From an uncultured virus (IMG/VR IMGVR_UViG_3300042887_002641) (Duplodnaviria; Heunggongvirae; Uroviricota; Caudoviricetes), in IMG/VR virus record IMGVR_UViG_3300042887_002641, positions 1 through 64,000 of that record: a DNA stretch of 64,000 bases; one strand, given 5' to 3'. A program made the translations under genes and the position numbers. The notes beneath the pieces are model-generated. The model did not search any database. It had not been told where the DNA came from and saw nothing but the letters and a program-made list of their open reading frames with translations. This document shows positions 49,989 through 60,702 of this stretch, in pieces; position 1 is the first letter of the stretch; each line of letters starts with the position of its first letter.

Positions 49989-52900
49989 TTAGTAAGTTAT
50001 TACTACTGATAGTTCTAGTGCTTGGATATGGAAATTATATAATGGAAATGATCTATTGTTAGATCTTGCGGACAAATGTGCAAAAGCTAAGTTTTTAGCA
50101 CTCTTGAATTTCCAGAAAGTTGGATTAGTTATTGATGCATCAGCAGAATAAGAAGAAGCGTTGGCGTAATAATTTGCATAAGGAACATTTTTTAATGTAA
50201 CCTTAATTATGTTATCGTCTCCCGGTATTATTTGGGTTTTATCTACTTCACTAGCTACAAAATCTTCTCCAATAAAGCAATATACCTTTATAGCTTTTGT
50301 TTTGTTGACGCTTCCAATTGTAAAGAAAATAGACAAAGATTCATTTTCTAATACTGGAACTCCAGCATAGAAAGAAGAATTTGCTATACCAAAATTAAAC
50401 GAATTAGCTGTTTGCTGATTTATAGTATAAACAGTGAAATTGTTTGGTTCTGCATTTATCAACATTTGAACATTTTTAGTATTGACTCCAAGTTCAGAAA
50501 AGTTGTTTTCAGGAGTAACGTTTATAGCATTGAAAGATGAATTGAGCAATCCATCATTTAATAAACTATTAAAATTGCTTTTTGCATTTTCTTCAGTGTT
50601 TGAATTTGAGGCGTTTATAGGAATTAAATAAGTATTTGTATAATCAGGAATTAAACTCTTTATATTTCCAGTAAACGTGCTATTAGTTAATCTTGTTATA
50701 GAGATGTCGAAAAACTCTTCGTTTCCTTCGCCAAAAGAGCTATTTGTTATTTTAGCTTTAGACTTAAAAGCATTAGCTGTTTCTGATTCTACTGCTCTTA
50801 AAGAAACAGTATTTGCGTCAGGAACTAAAGCTCTTGTAAAAATTTTATTGCCATTTAAAACATAAGCTCTCTTGCCAGTGGGTATTTTCGGTGATAATGA
50901 TGCATTTGGTATATTATCTCTATTTTGTAAAGAGAGTTTGTAATAAGCCATAGTGCCGTCTGGATCTGAAGATAATACTCTATCATCTTTAGCTCCTGCT
51001 GCTAGGTTTGCGTTTGTAGTAGGCTTATAAATTACGCTCTTTCTAGAAATTGCATAAGCTGGTGAAGGGAGCGTATTTACGCTAGTATCAAATATATTTT
51101 CAGTTAGTACAGTTTTATTAATTGTAAAATGGAGATATCTAGTATCAGCATCTTTTAATACAGACTCTAGAGAGAAAGATAATGGAGTAGATGATTCTTG
51201 TTTTATAACAATTGGGTCACTAATTTGAGGGTAAATTTTACCTATGTTATTATCTTTATCAATGAAAGAAGAATAATAGTCTAAGATATTTCTTGCTGTT
51301 GCTGCATTTGAGTTAAACTGCCAAGCGAACATGAATGAATCTACAGCTATCAAATAAGCATTATATTGAGTAGAATCAAATCCCTTACCGTTGTCATCGC
51401 TTAAGTCATTGAAATTAAATATAGATTGGTTATTTGATATTGTTATAAAGTGAGAGTCAATGATTTCTTTTCCAGTATTATCGTTAACAGACAATGGGCT
51501 TCCATCAGGATTGTGATTTATTGAATTTTTTCCAAATTCAAATATATTTTCACTAGGCATTAGTAATAGATAAAAAGCGTTAATAAAAGAACTCGCTGTA
51601 TCTTGCTGAATAGTAAATTTTAATCTATTTGATCCTTGGCTTGTAACAATAGAGTAGGTCGCTCTTGTGTCTTTTAAAATTGCATTTAAAGATTTTTTTA
51701 AATCAGCATCTTGATTGTCGTAAGTTACTAGTAAAAATCCATCTACATTCTTAAAATCATTAGAAGTAGATTTCATTCCAACATCTGTAAATGTCATTTT
51801 ATCAATTGCCAAAGAGAAGTTCCTATACTTAGCAAAAACATTTGAAGTTTTGTAGTTGTATATATTGTCACTAGTTTGATCTTCATCAAACGTTAAATAG
51901 TCTTCCCAGTTTGAAACATTAAGGTACTTGTTGTAAACAGTGCCGAAAGCGTCTTTTGTGTCTACTTTCTCTGGTATTATTGCTATTCTATAAGGGTAAT
52001 CAAGATTGTTGAATTTATTTGGATTCTTTATGAATTGCAAGGGGATGTTGAACGATAAAGACTCTGGAGGTTTAACAGATTGAATTTGAGAAGGTGCTGT
52101 TGACTGAAAGTATTGTGCTTTCGTTAAATCAATTGGAGAGGTAAAAGCATAAACTTTATTATTCAAAGTGATAGATGAACTTGTATTTACATCGTCATAA
52201 GTAATCGCAACAACTGGAGAGACAAATAATTCATTTGAGTTTTGAGAATTTGAAGCTTCAACATAAGTTAATGGAGAGCTATTATTAATATTTGCTCCAT
52301 AAATTCTTATAGAACCTTTGATGTTGCTCTTGTCTAGAACAGTGTTTACATAAGATTCATAAATATCGATTGGAACAAATTTAAAATCACTAGAGCTATT
52401 TGGGTTAAAGTCTGATCCATAAAAGGCTTTGTTAAATATCTTGAAGCCTATCGTAGTGTCTTTTATAGAAGAGTCATAAAAGATTTCAATCAATACTTTG
52501 CTTTGATCTATTACTCCATTAGCCTCTGCAACGCCAAGAGTAAATAATGCTCTTGAAGGCGCAGAAGCTTCTGGTGCTGGTGGTTTTGCTGGTGTGATAT
52601 TTAATCCAGATTCTATTTGAGCATACTTTAAGTGATACATCTGCGAGCCAATTACTGTATAATTACTTCCCTCTGTAGACTCTTGTATTCTAAATACTCT
52701 ATAAAAATCATAATCGCTATCAGTAGATCCATTAAGGTTTCCAGAGTTTTCTAAAGCCCAAGTTATTGATTTAGGAGACATTCCAGACGCTCCAGTAAAA
52801 TAAGATAGTCCAGTTACGTTTAATCCAGAAGCCATTACTGGTGCTAGACCCGTAATTCTAATTGAATCATAATATTGACCAGTAATTAAGTTGCCGCTTC

Positions 52901-55900
52901 CTACTATGAATGAATTAGTAAGAGGCTTTCTATAATCATTATAATCAAGGTTACTAGTAACGATACTGTCTCCTGCTGCGTCTTTAAAGCTAGGATCTAG
53001 ATTATACTTGGGAGAAAGTATGGTTAGCTTATAATTTTGATTTCCAGAAAAGTTAAAATCAAGTTTTCTATCTAGAGTTAGTATTCCAGTAGTTACATTT
53101 GTGTCTCCAGAAATGTTAATATTATTTAATCTTCCGCCTACTGTTTTATATTTTCTATTGTAATCGTAAACTTTAATTACGTCTCCGGGTTTTAAGTATA
53201 CGCACTCTGGACCAGCTTCAAAAGAAACTGTTTCTGTTTCATTGTATTCTGAAGCTAATAACCACCTGCCAAGTCTTTGAGCTTGACCTCTGCTTGTGCA
53301 TCCAAAGGCGGTTAATTCAGTTTCTTTAAAACCAAATTTCCTGACAGCCTCAATATTTTCTACATATTCTACTGCTGGTTTATAAAAATTATTCTTATCA
53401 ATATATCTAATATAGACTACAGAATTTCTATCTTTTAATGATGTAGATTCGTAAGTAAAATTACCATCAGATACATTTGAATTAGTGAAAGAATAAATAG
53501 GGGTATCTTCTGGCATATCATTTATGGCGTAAATGAATCCATTTGAATAATAGAACATTCCCCTAAATACAGAAGCCATATCAGACAACACTTTAAGAGC
53601 ATCGTCTTGTGTTTGTAAATAAACATTACATGTAAATCTTGGTTCTACTCCTCCAAATCCATCTGAAACAAGTTCATCGCAATATTTAGCTATTTGATAA
53701 AGAGACCATTTGTCTACGTCATTTTCTGTGACATAGTTACCTACTCCATATCTTTTGTTTGTTAAAAGATCGTAGAAGCACCAAGCTGGATTGTCCGTCC
53801 ATTCTTTTTCAGTTTTAAATTCTCCATCCCAATAATCATTTGATGTAGAATAAGGTAAAACTCCTGCTGCATCATAAACAGTGGTTTTTCTAGAAAGACC
53901 TTCTGAGAAAAGATTTCTTGCAAATGCTTTAGACAAAGAAAGTCTATCAAAATCAATTTGATTTACTCTAATAGAATCAGCATAGCCTTCTATTTTGCCG
54001 CCGAAACCAGCGGGTGATGTAAAGATTTCTATTTGATTATTATTAGTTATGAAATAAGAAGGAATAAAAGGTCCAGTTTTTGTATTTACTGCGTCGTAAA
54101 TTTGTCCAGCAGCAAGAGGAATAAGTACTTTAATTTCACTCTGAGAAGAGCTTAAACTTACTGAAGTAGAAGAACCGTCAAATGTTTTATGGTATTCCTG
54201 TTTATTGTAGGTATTTAAGGCTTCTTGAGCAAGTGGAGCTATCTGTGCCCTTTGATTTATTTCATTTTGCCAAACAGGATCTGTAGCGGGTCTATATAAA
54301 GCTCCAACACAAAGAGTTTGATAAGCAGCGTAATTTGAAATATTTATATTGCATTGAATCTGCTTTTCTAGGTTAACTAGAACGTCTATTTCTGCATTCA
54401 ATATGTCTGGGAAGTATTCTTTAGTAAGTCTTCTTTCAATAACAGGAACAAAAGTTGAAGACCTTCCTCCTGTCTGTTGTGAGGCTGCATTAAAATTGCA
54501 GTATATATATTTATAACAAGTTTCTGGTAAGTTATTAATATTGCTACTGTACGAAGTATCTTCTTTAAAGCTTACTGCTTTTACTAAATAAAAATCTTTT
54601 AGTTCTTGCGCTAATGCTCTTTCGTTTCCGTCAGCCGTTGCTCTTCTGACTGTTATATAGTCATTAGTCCAAGTCCTATCTGATATATTTATGTTATTTA
54701 CTTTGCTTGCGTTTGTGGTGTACGATATGCTTGGTTTTACTACTTTTGGAAGTATATAAAAACTAATTCTTGTGAAATTTTCTTTAAGTTTGGTTGTCGA
54801 ATATTTCGCTGGATCTAGGGCTTTTGTTATGGTGTAATTTTTGCTTTCATTTGGAGAAATAACTGTAAGTATTAGACTTACGTTTTCTCCAGATATAGTC
54901 ATAGAAAGATTAAACTGATTACTTCTATGAATTAGAGTATAATTTCCGTCTCCAATGCTTCCTAGTTTAATAAAGAAATCGCAATAAAAACTGCAAAATC
55001 CTTGATCTTTTAAAGAAAAGTTTTGTGGGGTTTTCCAATTTTTCCAATATCTCTGAGGTATTAAATCAAATTCATAATAATCCGAAGTAGCCAAACTGCC
55101 TCCAGCATAACTATAAGCCTTTGTTCTTTGTCCATTGGCGCATAGAGTTTTAAGAGGCATCTTCAAATAAGTGTTTGATGCTACATTAAGAACGTTTGTA
55201 TTATATGATCCAGCTACAGATGTAGAGTAAGATAGATTGCTAGAAATTAGATTCCATTTTTTATTTAACCAATTTCTTATCTTGATTCCATCTGATTTTG
55301 ATAAAGCTTTATTGTAAACCAATATTTCAAAAACAGTGCATCTACTTGTACTCGCTGAAGAATTAATAGCTAAACCTTTTGGAGCAGCTACTGCATTTAT
55401 AGGTCTTACAAAGTAGTTAGTATTTTGCCAGAAAATATTTACATCTTTTAAATTGCTTACGCTTGTTCCTACGATATAGGTATTTGTATCATTGGCATCA
55501 TTCCAATAATTAGAACGGTTGAATTGATAAAAATTAACAGGCATTACTCCATAGATTTGACTACCTACTGTAAAAGCATTATTAAATTTACCATCAAACC
55601 CCAAAACAAAAGTATTTTCCAAACTATAAGAAGAAATTATCCTATTCCTTTCTGTGTTGGTTGCGCTGTCGTGCCATTTACAGACAGCAAATACAGTATA
55701 GTTATTACTAGCGTCAGCTAATGGACTTGTTTCGGTTTGGTAAACGAATCTTGCTTTCTGAGTGGTCGTAAATGAAACACCATAAGTTCCATTCGGGCTT
55801 TGCTCTGAATATGTTGATCCGTATGTTGGCTTGTTAGCACTTCCATTTGGAGATGCGTAAGTTCCATTTCCTAAAACGCATTTTATAGTTGATCCAGCTA

Positions 55901-57359
55901 CAGTATTGGGCCAATTAGTTACTGATCCTGTTGAAGTGGTTAAAGAAGCATTACTTGCGTCAAACTGAGCAATTAGTCCATCTGTAATTGGAGGGTTAAC
56001 ATTGTCTGAATTTGTATATACGTTATTTTCTCCAACAAAGAAATCTGTTGTAATTACTTTATCAGTCTTAGCGAATGAATTAGTGGCTGTAATTGAAAGC
56101 GGAGTCGTATTTCCATAGGTTTTTGTTATTGGATCATAATTAGCAGGAACCTTAACCTTTAATAGTTTAACATCATAAGATCTTTCTGGAATCTTTGAGA
56201 AATAGGCAGCATTAAACTTAGAAGTTACAATAGCAGAATTCGTATATCTAAACGAAGAAGAATATATTTCAGTAATGCTTTCTAGATTTATAAAAGAAGC
56301 TCTTGAAGAATAAGTGTCTTCTGGAGTAATCTTTAATACTGATATATCCCAACCTAACCAATTTTCATTTTCGTTCAATGATAGAAACTTGGAAGAGGTG
56401 TCAAAAATAATTTGTTTAGAATATCCTTGAGTAATTTTTCCTTTCGACTCTAGTTCGAATATTTGAGGGAAAGTGTCCACTGTGACAGCTAAGTCTTTAG
56501 AATCATCAATTACTTTGGCTTTGTCTGAAATTAGATCAAGTACTGCGGAGTTGCTATTATAGCCTTCTTTGTAAATTGGCGAAATTCTAATTCTTATTTT
56601 AAAGTTATGACGGATTACAGAACCCACCCCAGCATCTAATGTTTGTCCATTAGTTAATTCAACATCTCTACTTGCTGGATCTAATGTAAATGTGCTGCTG
56701 CTTTGATTGGCACTTGTTACTCCTTCTATTTTTAAAGTGCCTTCTGATATTGGTTTTAAATCCTGATATTTTAAACTGACATAAAGAGAAGAAATTCTAA
56801 AATTAAGAGAAATCTTTTTGCATTCCCTGTTTAAAATGCGATAAGTTCTTTGATAATCAAGAGTTTCATCTTCAGTTGAAGCTAGTAGATTTGGACCTCT
56901 AAGTCTCTCTCCTATTGAGCGGATATAAGAAACATTGTCAAACTCTCCTCCAGATGAAGTCCCTTCTGGGGTTCCATTAGTTGCTTGAATGTTTATTTGC
57001 TGGAAGTTGTATTTATCTTGGCTGTCTAAAAGAGGGGTTTGATTCCATTGAACTGATCTTAAATATTTTGATTCTCCATCGCTACCCACAACTGATGGGT
57101 ATTCATTATAAGTAACTTTTTTAAATCCTAGGTCTCCAACTTGACCTGAAAAGCTATATTGTCCCTCAAGAAGACCTTCAATTGGTCCCTCTGACAAAAG
57201 ATCTTTTACTTTAGCAAATTGGTATACGTTATAAGTAAGTCCATCATATACAAATCCTTCAGCATCTTCATATGCAGCAGTTGGCGTTGGGGCTGCACTT
57301 GCTCCACCTCCACCTCCACCAAAACCTTTTATGTATTTAAAATCTTCAAGATTGTTCAT
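49989..57359 (-). CDS. Tail tip / host specificity protein, lambda gpJ-like
   Basis: DLLSEGPIEGL, VKVPANYDP, WDGEFK...WTDNPAWCFYDLLTNKRYG, YCDELVSDGFGGVEPRFTCN and FGCTSRGQAQRLGRW are gpJ hallmarks. Confidence 0.92.
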   Translation of the reverse strand: MNNLEDFKYIKGFGGGGGGASAAPTPTAAYEDAEGFVYDGLTYNVYQFAKVKDLLSEGPIEGLLEGQYSFSGQVGDLGFKKVTYNEYPSVVGSDGESKYLRSVQWNQTPLLDSQDKYNFQQINIQATNGTPEGTSSGGEFDNVSYIRSIGERLRGPNLLASTEDETLDYQRTYRILNRECKKISLNFRISSLYVSLKYQDLKPISEGTLKIEGVTSANQSSSTFTLDPASRDVELTNGQTLDAGVGSVIRHNFKIRIRISPIYKEGYNSNSAVLDLISDKAKVIDDSKDLAVTVDTFPQIFELESKGKITQGYSKQIIFDTSSKFLSLNENENWLGWDISVLKITPEDTYSSRASFINLESITEIYSSSFRYTNSAIVTSKFNAAYFSKIPERSYDVKLLKVKVPANYDPITKTYGNTTPLSITATNSFAKTDKVITTDFFVGENNVYTNSDNVNPPITDGLIAQFDASNASLTTSTGSVTNWPNTVAGSTIKCVLGNGTYASPNGSANKPTYGSTYSEQSPNGTYGVSFTTTQKARFVYQTETSPLADASNNYTVFAVCKWHDSATNTERNRIISSYSLENTFVLGFDGKFNNAFTVGSQIYGVMPVNFYQFNRSNYWNDANDTNTYIVGTSVSNLKDVNIFWQNTNYFVRPINAVAAPKGLAINSSASTSRCTVFEILVYNKALSKSDGIKIRNWLNKKWNLISSNLSYSTSVAGSYNTNVLNVASNTYLKMPLKTLCANGQRTKAYSYAGGSLATSDYYEFDLIPQRYWKNWKTPQNFSLKDQGFCSFYCDFFIKLGSIGDGNYTLIHRSNQFNLSMTISGENVSLILTVISPNESKNYTITKALDPAKYSTTKLKENFTRISFYILPKVVKPSISYTTNASKVNNINISDRTWTNDYITVRRATADGNERALAQELKDFYLVKAVSFKEDTSYSSNINNLPETCYKYIYCNFNAASQQTGGRSSTFVPVIERRLTKEYFPDILNAEIDVLVNLEKQIQCNINISNYAAYQTLCVGALYRPATDPVWQNEINQRAQIAPLAQEALNTYNKQEYHKTFDGSSTSVSLSSSQSEIKVLIPLAAGQIYDAVNTKTGPFIPSYFITNNNQIEIFTSPAGFGGKIEGYADSIRVNQIDFDRLSLSKAFARNLFSEGLSRKTTVYDAAGVLPYSTSNDYWDGEFKTEKEWTDNPAWCFYDLLTNKRYGVGNYVTENDVDKWSLYQIAKYCDELVSDGFGGVEPRFTCNVYLQTQDDALKVLSDMASVFRGMFYYSNGFIYAINDMPEDTPIYSFTNSNVSDGNFTYESTSLKDRNSVVYIRYIDKNNFYKPAVEYVENIEAVRKFGFKETELTAFGCTSRGQAQRLGRWLLASEYNETETVSFEAGPECVYLKPGDVIKVYDYNRKYKTVGGRLNNINISGDTNVTTGILTLDRKLDFNFSGNQNYKLTILSPKYNLDPSFKDAAGDSIVTSNLDYNDYRKPLTNSFIVGSGNLITGQYYDSIRITGLAPVMASGLNVTGLSYFTGASGMSPKSITWALENSGNLNGSTDSDYDFYRVFRIQESTEGSNYTVIGSQMYHLKYAQIESGLNITPAKPPAPEASAPSRALFTLGVAEANGVIDQSKVLIEIFYDSSIKDTTIGFKIFNKAFYGSDFNPNSSSDFKFVPIDIYESYVNTVLDKSNIKGSIRIYGANINNSSPLTYVEASNSQNSNELFVSPVVAITYDDVNTSSSITLNNKVYAFTSPIDLTKAQYFQSTAPSQIQSVKPPESLSFNIPLQFIKNPNKFNNLDYPYRIAIIPEKVDTKDAFGTVYNKYLNVSNWEDYLTFDEDQTSDNIYNYKTSNVFAKYRNFSLAIDKMTFTDVGMKSTSNDFKNVDGFLLVTYDNQDADLKKSLNAILKDTRATYSIVTSQGSNRLKFTIQQDTASSFINAFYLLLMPSENIFEFGKNSINHNPDGSPLSVNDNTGKEIIDSHFITISNNQSIFNFNDLSDDNGKGFDSTQYNAYLIAVDSFMFAWQFNSNAATARNILDYYSSFIDKDNNIGKIYPQISDPIVIKQESSTPLSFSLESVLKDADTRYLHFTINKTVLTENIFDTSVNTLPSPAYAISRKSVIYKPTTNANLAAGAKDDRVLSSDPDGTMAYYKLSLQNRDNIPNASLSPKIPTGKRAYVLNGNKIFTRALVPDANTVSLRAVESETANAFKSKAKITNSSFGEGNEEFFDISITRLTNSTFTGNIKSLIPDYTNTYLIPINASNSNTEENAKSNFNSLLNDGLLNSSFNAINVTPENNFSELGVNTKNVQMLINAEPNNFTVYTINQQTANSFNFGIANSSFYAGVPVLENESLSIFFTIGSVNKTKAIKVYCFIGEDFVASEVDKTQIIPGDDNIIKVTLKNVPYANYYANASSYSADASITNPTFWKFKSAKNLAFAHLSARSNNRSFPLYNFHIQALELSVVITY

Positions 57360-57360
57360 T

Positions 57361-58086
57361 TTATATATTATTTATTTGAGCTTTTACGTCTGCTGCCGTT
57401 GATTTATTATCTAACTCAATGTTATTGACAGATACTTCAACTGTCTGAGATCCTATTTTCATTCTACCGTAACCAATTGGAACTGGACCGCCTTCTCCAA
57501 GAATGTTAGAAGGTCCATCAAATAAGTAGTTTGGCTTGCTGCCGTCTTCTTGTATTTTTCTAAAATCATCAAATTTTGGAGGCGACATCATTAATAATGT
57601 AATACCTGTTACAGCTAATCCTATACCTGCTCCAATCATCGCTCCTGCAATCGTTGCGCTTGTTGTAGAACCAGCAACAAAGCCTAATGCAGCAGGTGCA
57701 AAAACGCCTGTAGCTATTAACAAAACGCCAAGAACTAAAGCTAAGACTCCTTTGGTTGTATTGTTTCCGCCTCCCCCACCAGCACCCCTAATAATTGGAA
57801 CGATATCTAAGGTTTCTAGCTTTTCATTAATCATTACTAATTCAGAATTGAGAATAGAGTCTGGTTTTTCTAGAGAAATATTTTCTGGATTCATTATTTC
57901 TCTCTTATTAACAAGCACTTTGTACTCTACGCTTTTTTCTGCTGCTCCTATTAGATATTTTAAGAGCTTGCCTTTAGACAAGACCTGAATAGCTCGCAAT
58001 GCTTCCTTTATGGAATTTACTTTTAAATTCCAACTTTCTCTTCCTACTTGTTCTGCTATTTCTCCGTGTAAGGTAATACTAGTCAT
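57361..58086 (-). CDS. Tail assembly protein, lambda gpI-like (ubiquitin-like N-domain)
   Basis: I.LHGE...IVPIIRGAGG, a hydrophobic G/A segment, and YLFDG..N...EGGPVPIGYGRMKIGS. Confidence 0.88.
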   Translation of the reverse strand: MTSITLHGEIAEQVGRESWNLKVNSIKEALRAIQVLSKGKLLKYLIGAAEKSVEYKVLVNKREIMNPENISLEKPDSILNSELVMINEKLETLDIVPIIRGAGGGGGNNTTKGVLALVLGVLLIATGVFAPAALGFVAGSTTSATIAGAMIGAGIGLAVTGITLLMMSPPKFDDFRKIQEDGSKPNYLFDGPSNILGEGGPVPIGYGRMKIGSQTVEVSVNNIELDNKSTAADVKAQINNI

Positions 58087-58825
58087 AAAGGTGATGTCTC
58101 ATTATATAAATTACCCATTTTTTGTATTGGTTAGAAAGCTTTTCGGTAAGAGAACGCTTATTTCCGGGATGATGCAAAATAGTGTCTTCTCCAATATAAA
58201 CAGCGCAGTGTATTGGAAAATTATAAGCTTTTGTTCTCATTATTAGAACATCATTCTTTTTAAAATCAAAAACTTCTTTAAATCCGTTATATTCAAAATA
58301 CCTTTTTAAGTAATTATCTTTTTCTTTTAATGCTCCTTCTTCGTCTATAAATCTCTTGGTCGAGACCTCGTTATATTCTTCTTCAGATACAGATTCTTTT
58401 AGAACTTCTAATTCTGGGCATAGATGGATATTTAAATCGTGACAGAAATAATCTTTTACTAGCCAAAGGCAATCAGCAAATCCTAAAAGGAAAGGTCTTT
58501 TAGTGTATTGGATTTTGTATCCATTGGGATAATAGTTATGGAAAGTTCCGCTCTGTTTATTGTAAACTATACAAGGTAAACCTAGTCTTTCCGAAACAAT
58601 TATATCTGCATCAGAAATAGAATCAAAATTAATATGAGAATGATAATAAGCCGCAAAATTAGATTGGCTATAAATATCCATCGCAAATTCAGTAGCTGAA
58701 TTAATAAGGTTATCTTTCTTTTGTACCTCTAGTCCGTTATCTGTATGTACTAAAACGCCACATACTTCATTATTAGAAGTATTAGCGTGTTCTATGATTT
58801 TATTTTTAAGCTCTTCTGTTAGCAT
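58079..58825 (-). CDS. Tail assembly protein gpK-like, copy 2 (JAB + NlpC/P60)
   Basis: EVCG...YHSH...S.AD (JAB) and DCLWLV...HCAVY...ILHH (NlpC). Confidence 0.85.
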   Translation of the reverse strand: MLTEELKNKIIEHANTSNNEVCGVLVHTDNGLEVQKKDNLINSATEFAMDIYSQSNFAAYYHSHINFDSISDADIIVSERLGLPCIVYNKQSGTFHNYYPNGYKIQYTKRPFLLGFADCLWLVKDYFCHDLNIHLCPELEVLKESVSEEEYNEVSTKRFIDEEGALKEKDNYLKRYFEYNGFKEVFDFKKNDVLIMRTKAYNFPIHCAVYIGEDTILHHPGNKRSLTEKLSNQYKKWVIYIMRHHLYD

Positions 58826-59577
58826 AATTGTTTACTCCTTGCAAAACAATAGATTCTTCTCTTCTCTGCGTCTGTTAGTTTTTCTATTACTGACTTTTTA
58901 TTTCTTGGTTGATGTAGGATATAACCTTGTTCAAGGTAAATACCAAAATGAGAAGGATAGTTATCTAAATACTTGAACACAATAATATCATGTTTTTTAG
59001 CGTTTTCTATACCTTCTATTTTAATGAAGTTTTCTTTTTCAAAAAACTTATCAAAGTCCTCTGATTCACAAAACGCGATCAACTTGTTTTTAACAAATTC
59101 TGGATAGTTTTTGTCCCAATCTGCGCCTCTTTCGTAATGAAAAATTTTAACTCCAAATTCTTCGTTATAGTAATTTTCTACTATTGATAAACAGTCAGAT
59201 TGATTTATAACAAAGTTTTTATTTATGTATTTATTATAGTAGTTTTCTGGAGAATATTCTTCAAAAGAGTCTTTTTTTAGTATATATACTACATTCTTTA
59301 GATTAAGTTTATGGCTTATTTGTTTGTCTAGTTCTGAAAAAGAGTTATCTTGTATGCAGTGTGAATGATAAATTCCAGTAATTCTGCCATTCATCGTTGC
59401 TTTCAAGTAGTCCATTTGACATACAATGAATTCGTTTTCTTTATCTTGGGCAACATTCCTGCATGGAAATGCTTCTAGGATATTTTTTCTATTCAGCACT
59501 AAAAGACCGCAGCATTCTTCAGGATTTTCCTTTAGTGCGTGTTCTTTTATTTTTGCTTTTATTTCATCCGAAACCAT
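58819..59577 (-). CDS. Tail assembly protein gpK-like, copy 1 (JAB + NlpC/P60)
   Basis: PEECCG...YHSH...FSELD (JAB) and DCLSIV...HFGIY...ILHQ (NlpC). Confidence 0.87.
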   Translation of the reverse strand: MVSDEIKAKIKEHALKENPEECCGLLVLNRKNILEAFPCRNVAQDKENEFIVCQMDYLKATMNGRITGIYHSHCIQDNSFSELDKQISHKLNLKNVVYILKKDSFEEYSPENYYNKYINKNFVINQSDCLSIVENYYNEEFGVKIFHYERGADWDKNYPEFVKNKLIAFCESEDFDKFFEKENFIKIEGIENAKKHDIIVFKYLDNYPSHFGIYLEQGYILHQPRNKKSVIEKLTDAEKRRIYCFARSKQLC

Positions 59578-60698
59578 TACAATGCTCCTCTATTGTAATT
59601 AGATACTCCATAGAATCCGCCAAAAGGTAAAGCATTTTCTCCAAATCTAATCTTACATCCTTTTATACTCTTAGAGCATTGGTCAGCTATCCAGTATTGT
59701 CCATTTGGAGGTGGGATATTCATGGGAACGTTTGTCTTGGCAACAAAATAGAAATTAATATTTTTCTTATTAATAACTACTACGTCGCCTTTGTTATAAG
59801 TTGTTGAGAGTTTCCAAGATTCTATTTTATTAGTTCCTACTGTTGTGCCAGAAAAGATTGGCATCTTTGAGATTATTTGATCATCTTCAGTGGCGCAAAC
59901 AGGAGCTTTTTCTCCAGTAGAATCGCTTTTATTTGGTATTGGAGTTATAGTGCCATGAGTATCTTCAGTTAGTTTTTCTTTATATTCATAGAGACAGCCT
60001 TCTCCTCTATATTGCCAAGGACAAATATAACTTAATACTCTTCGTTTAGGGAGTTTAGCTCTGTCTAGATCTATAGCACTTGATAGTTCAAATTGAATAC
60101 TATTTTTGTTTTCAGAAGATTTTCTATCAAAATAATAAATATCCCTAGGAAACTCGCAATTAGGATCAGGATCAAATCCTTCTGGTATTATAAGTCTATC
60201 TGGCGACAGAGGAGAGGTTCCGTCGTTTTGATAGAAATTTGATCTGTCAAGAAATTTAGCAAATGTTCTAATTCTAGTAAACTTAGCTCCAATTAAATCT
60301 CCAAAATTAACAGTTCCTCTAAATAAGCTAAACACATCAAGCATATCATCAGAAAAACTGATCTGAACTTTAGGCTTAGGAAATACGCCTCTTGAAGCTA
60401 TTTCAAAACCCTCTGTAGAAAGCGGAGCAGGTAGATACGCATTTCCTTTCCAGTAAATGATGTTTCTTCCGAGCTTTAAATTATTATGAAGGCGAATTAC
60501 CCTATAATTAAAAACACCAGTTTCTGCTCCCGGCAATGATATTTGAAAATTCTTAATGTTAACTACAAACTGAGAAGCAGTATCAAATCCAATTTCAGTT
60601 AAGTCTACTTCAAATAAAGAAATTATCGAAGAAGGCTCAAGAGAAAAGAACTCTCTGTTTACTTTTAAAGATGAATCTTTGTCTTGTTGAGTAGCCAT
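59577..60698 (-). CDS. Minor tail protein, lambda gpL-like (Fe-S cysteines)
   Basis: GDLIGAKFTRIRTFAKFLD..NF, CPWQYRGEGC, DQCSKSIKGCKIRF and LPFGGF.G. Confidence 0.92.
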   Translation of the reverse strand: MATQQDKDSSLKVNREFFSLEPSSIISLFEVDLTEIGFDTASQFVVNIKNFQISLPGAETGVFNYRVIRLHNNLKLGRNIIYWKGNAYLPAPLSTEGFEIASRGVFPKPKVQISFSDDMLDVFSLFRGTVNFGDLIGAKFTRIRTFAKFLDRSNFYQNDGTSPLSPDRLIIPEGFDPDPNCEFPRDIYYFDRKSSENKNSIQFELSSAIDLDRAKLPKRRVLSYICPWQYRGEGCLYEYKEKLTEDTHGTITPIPNKSDSTGEKAPVCATEDDQIISKMPIFSGTTVGTNKIESWKLSTTYNKGDVVVINKKNINFYFVAKTNVPMNIPPPNGQYWIADQCSKSIKGCKIRFGENALPFGGFYGVSNYNRGAL

Positions 60699-60702
60699 AG
60701 GA

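Noticed and set aside
53835..56114. gpJ insertion as an intein
   Set aside because: It lacks splicing motifs and contains a LamG-like domain.
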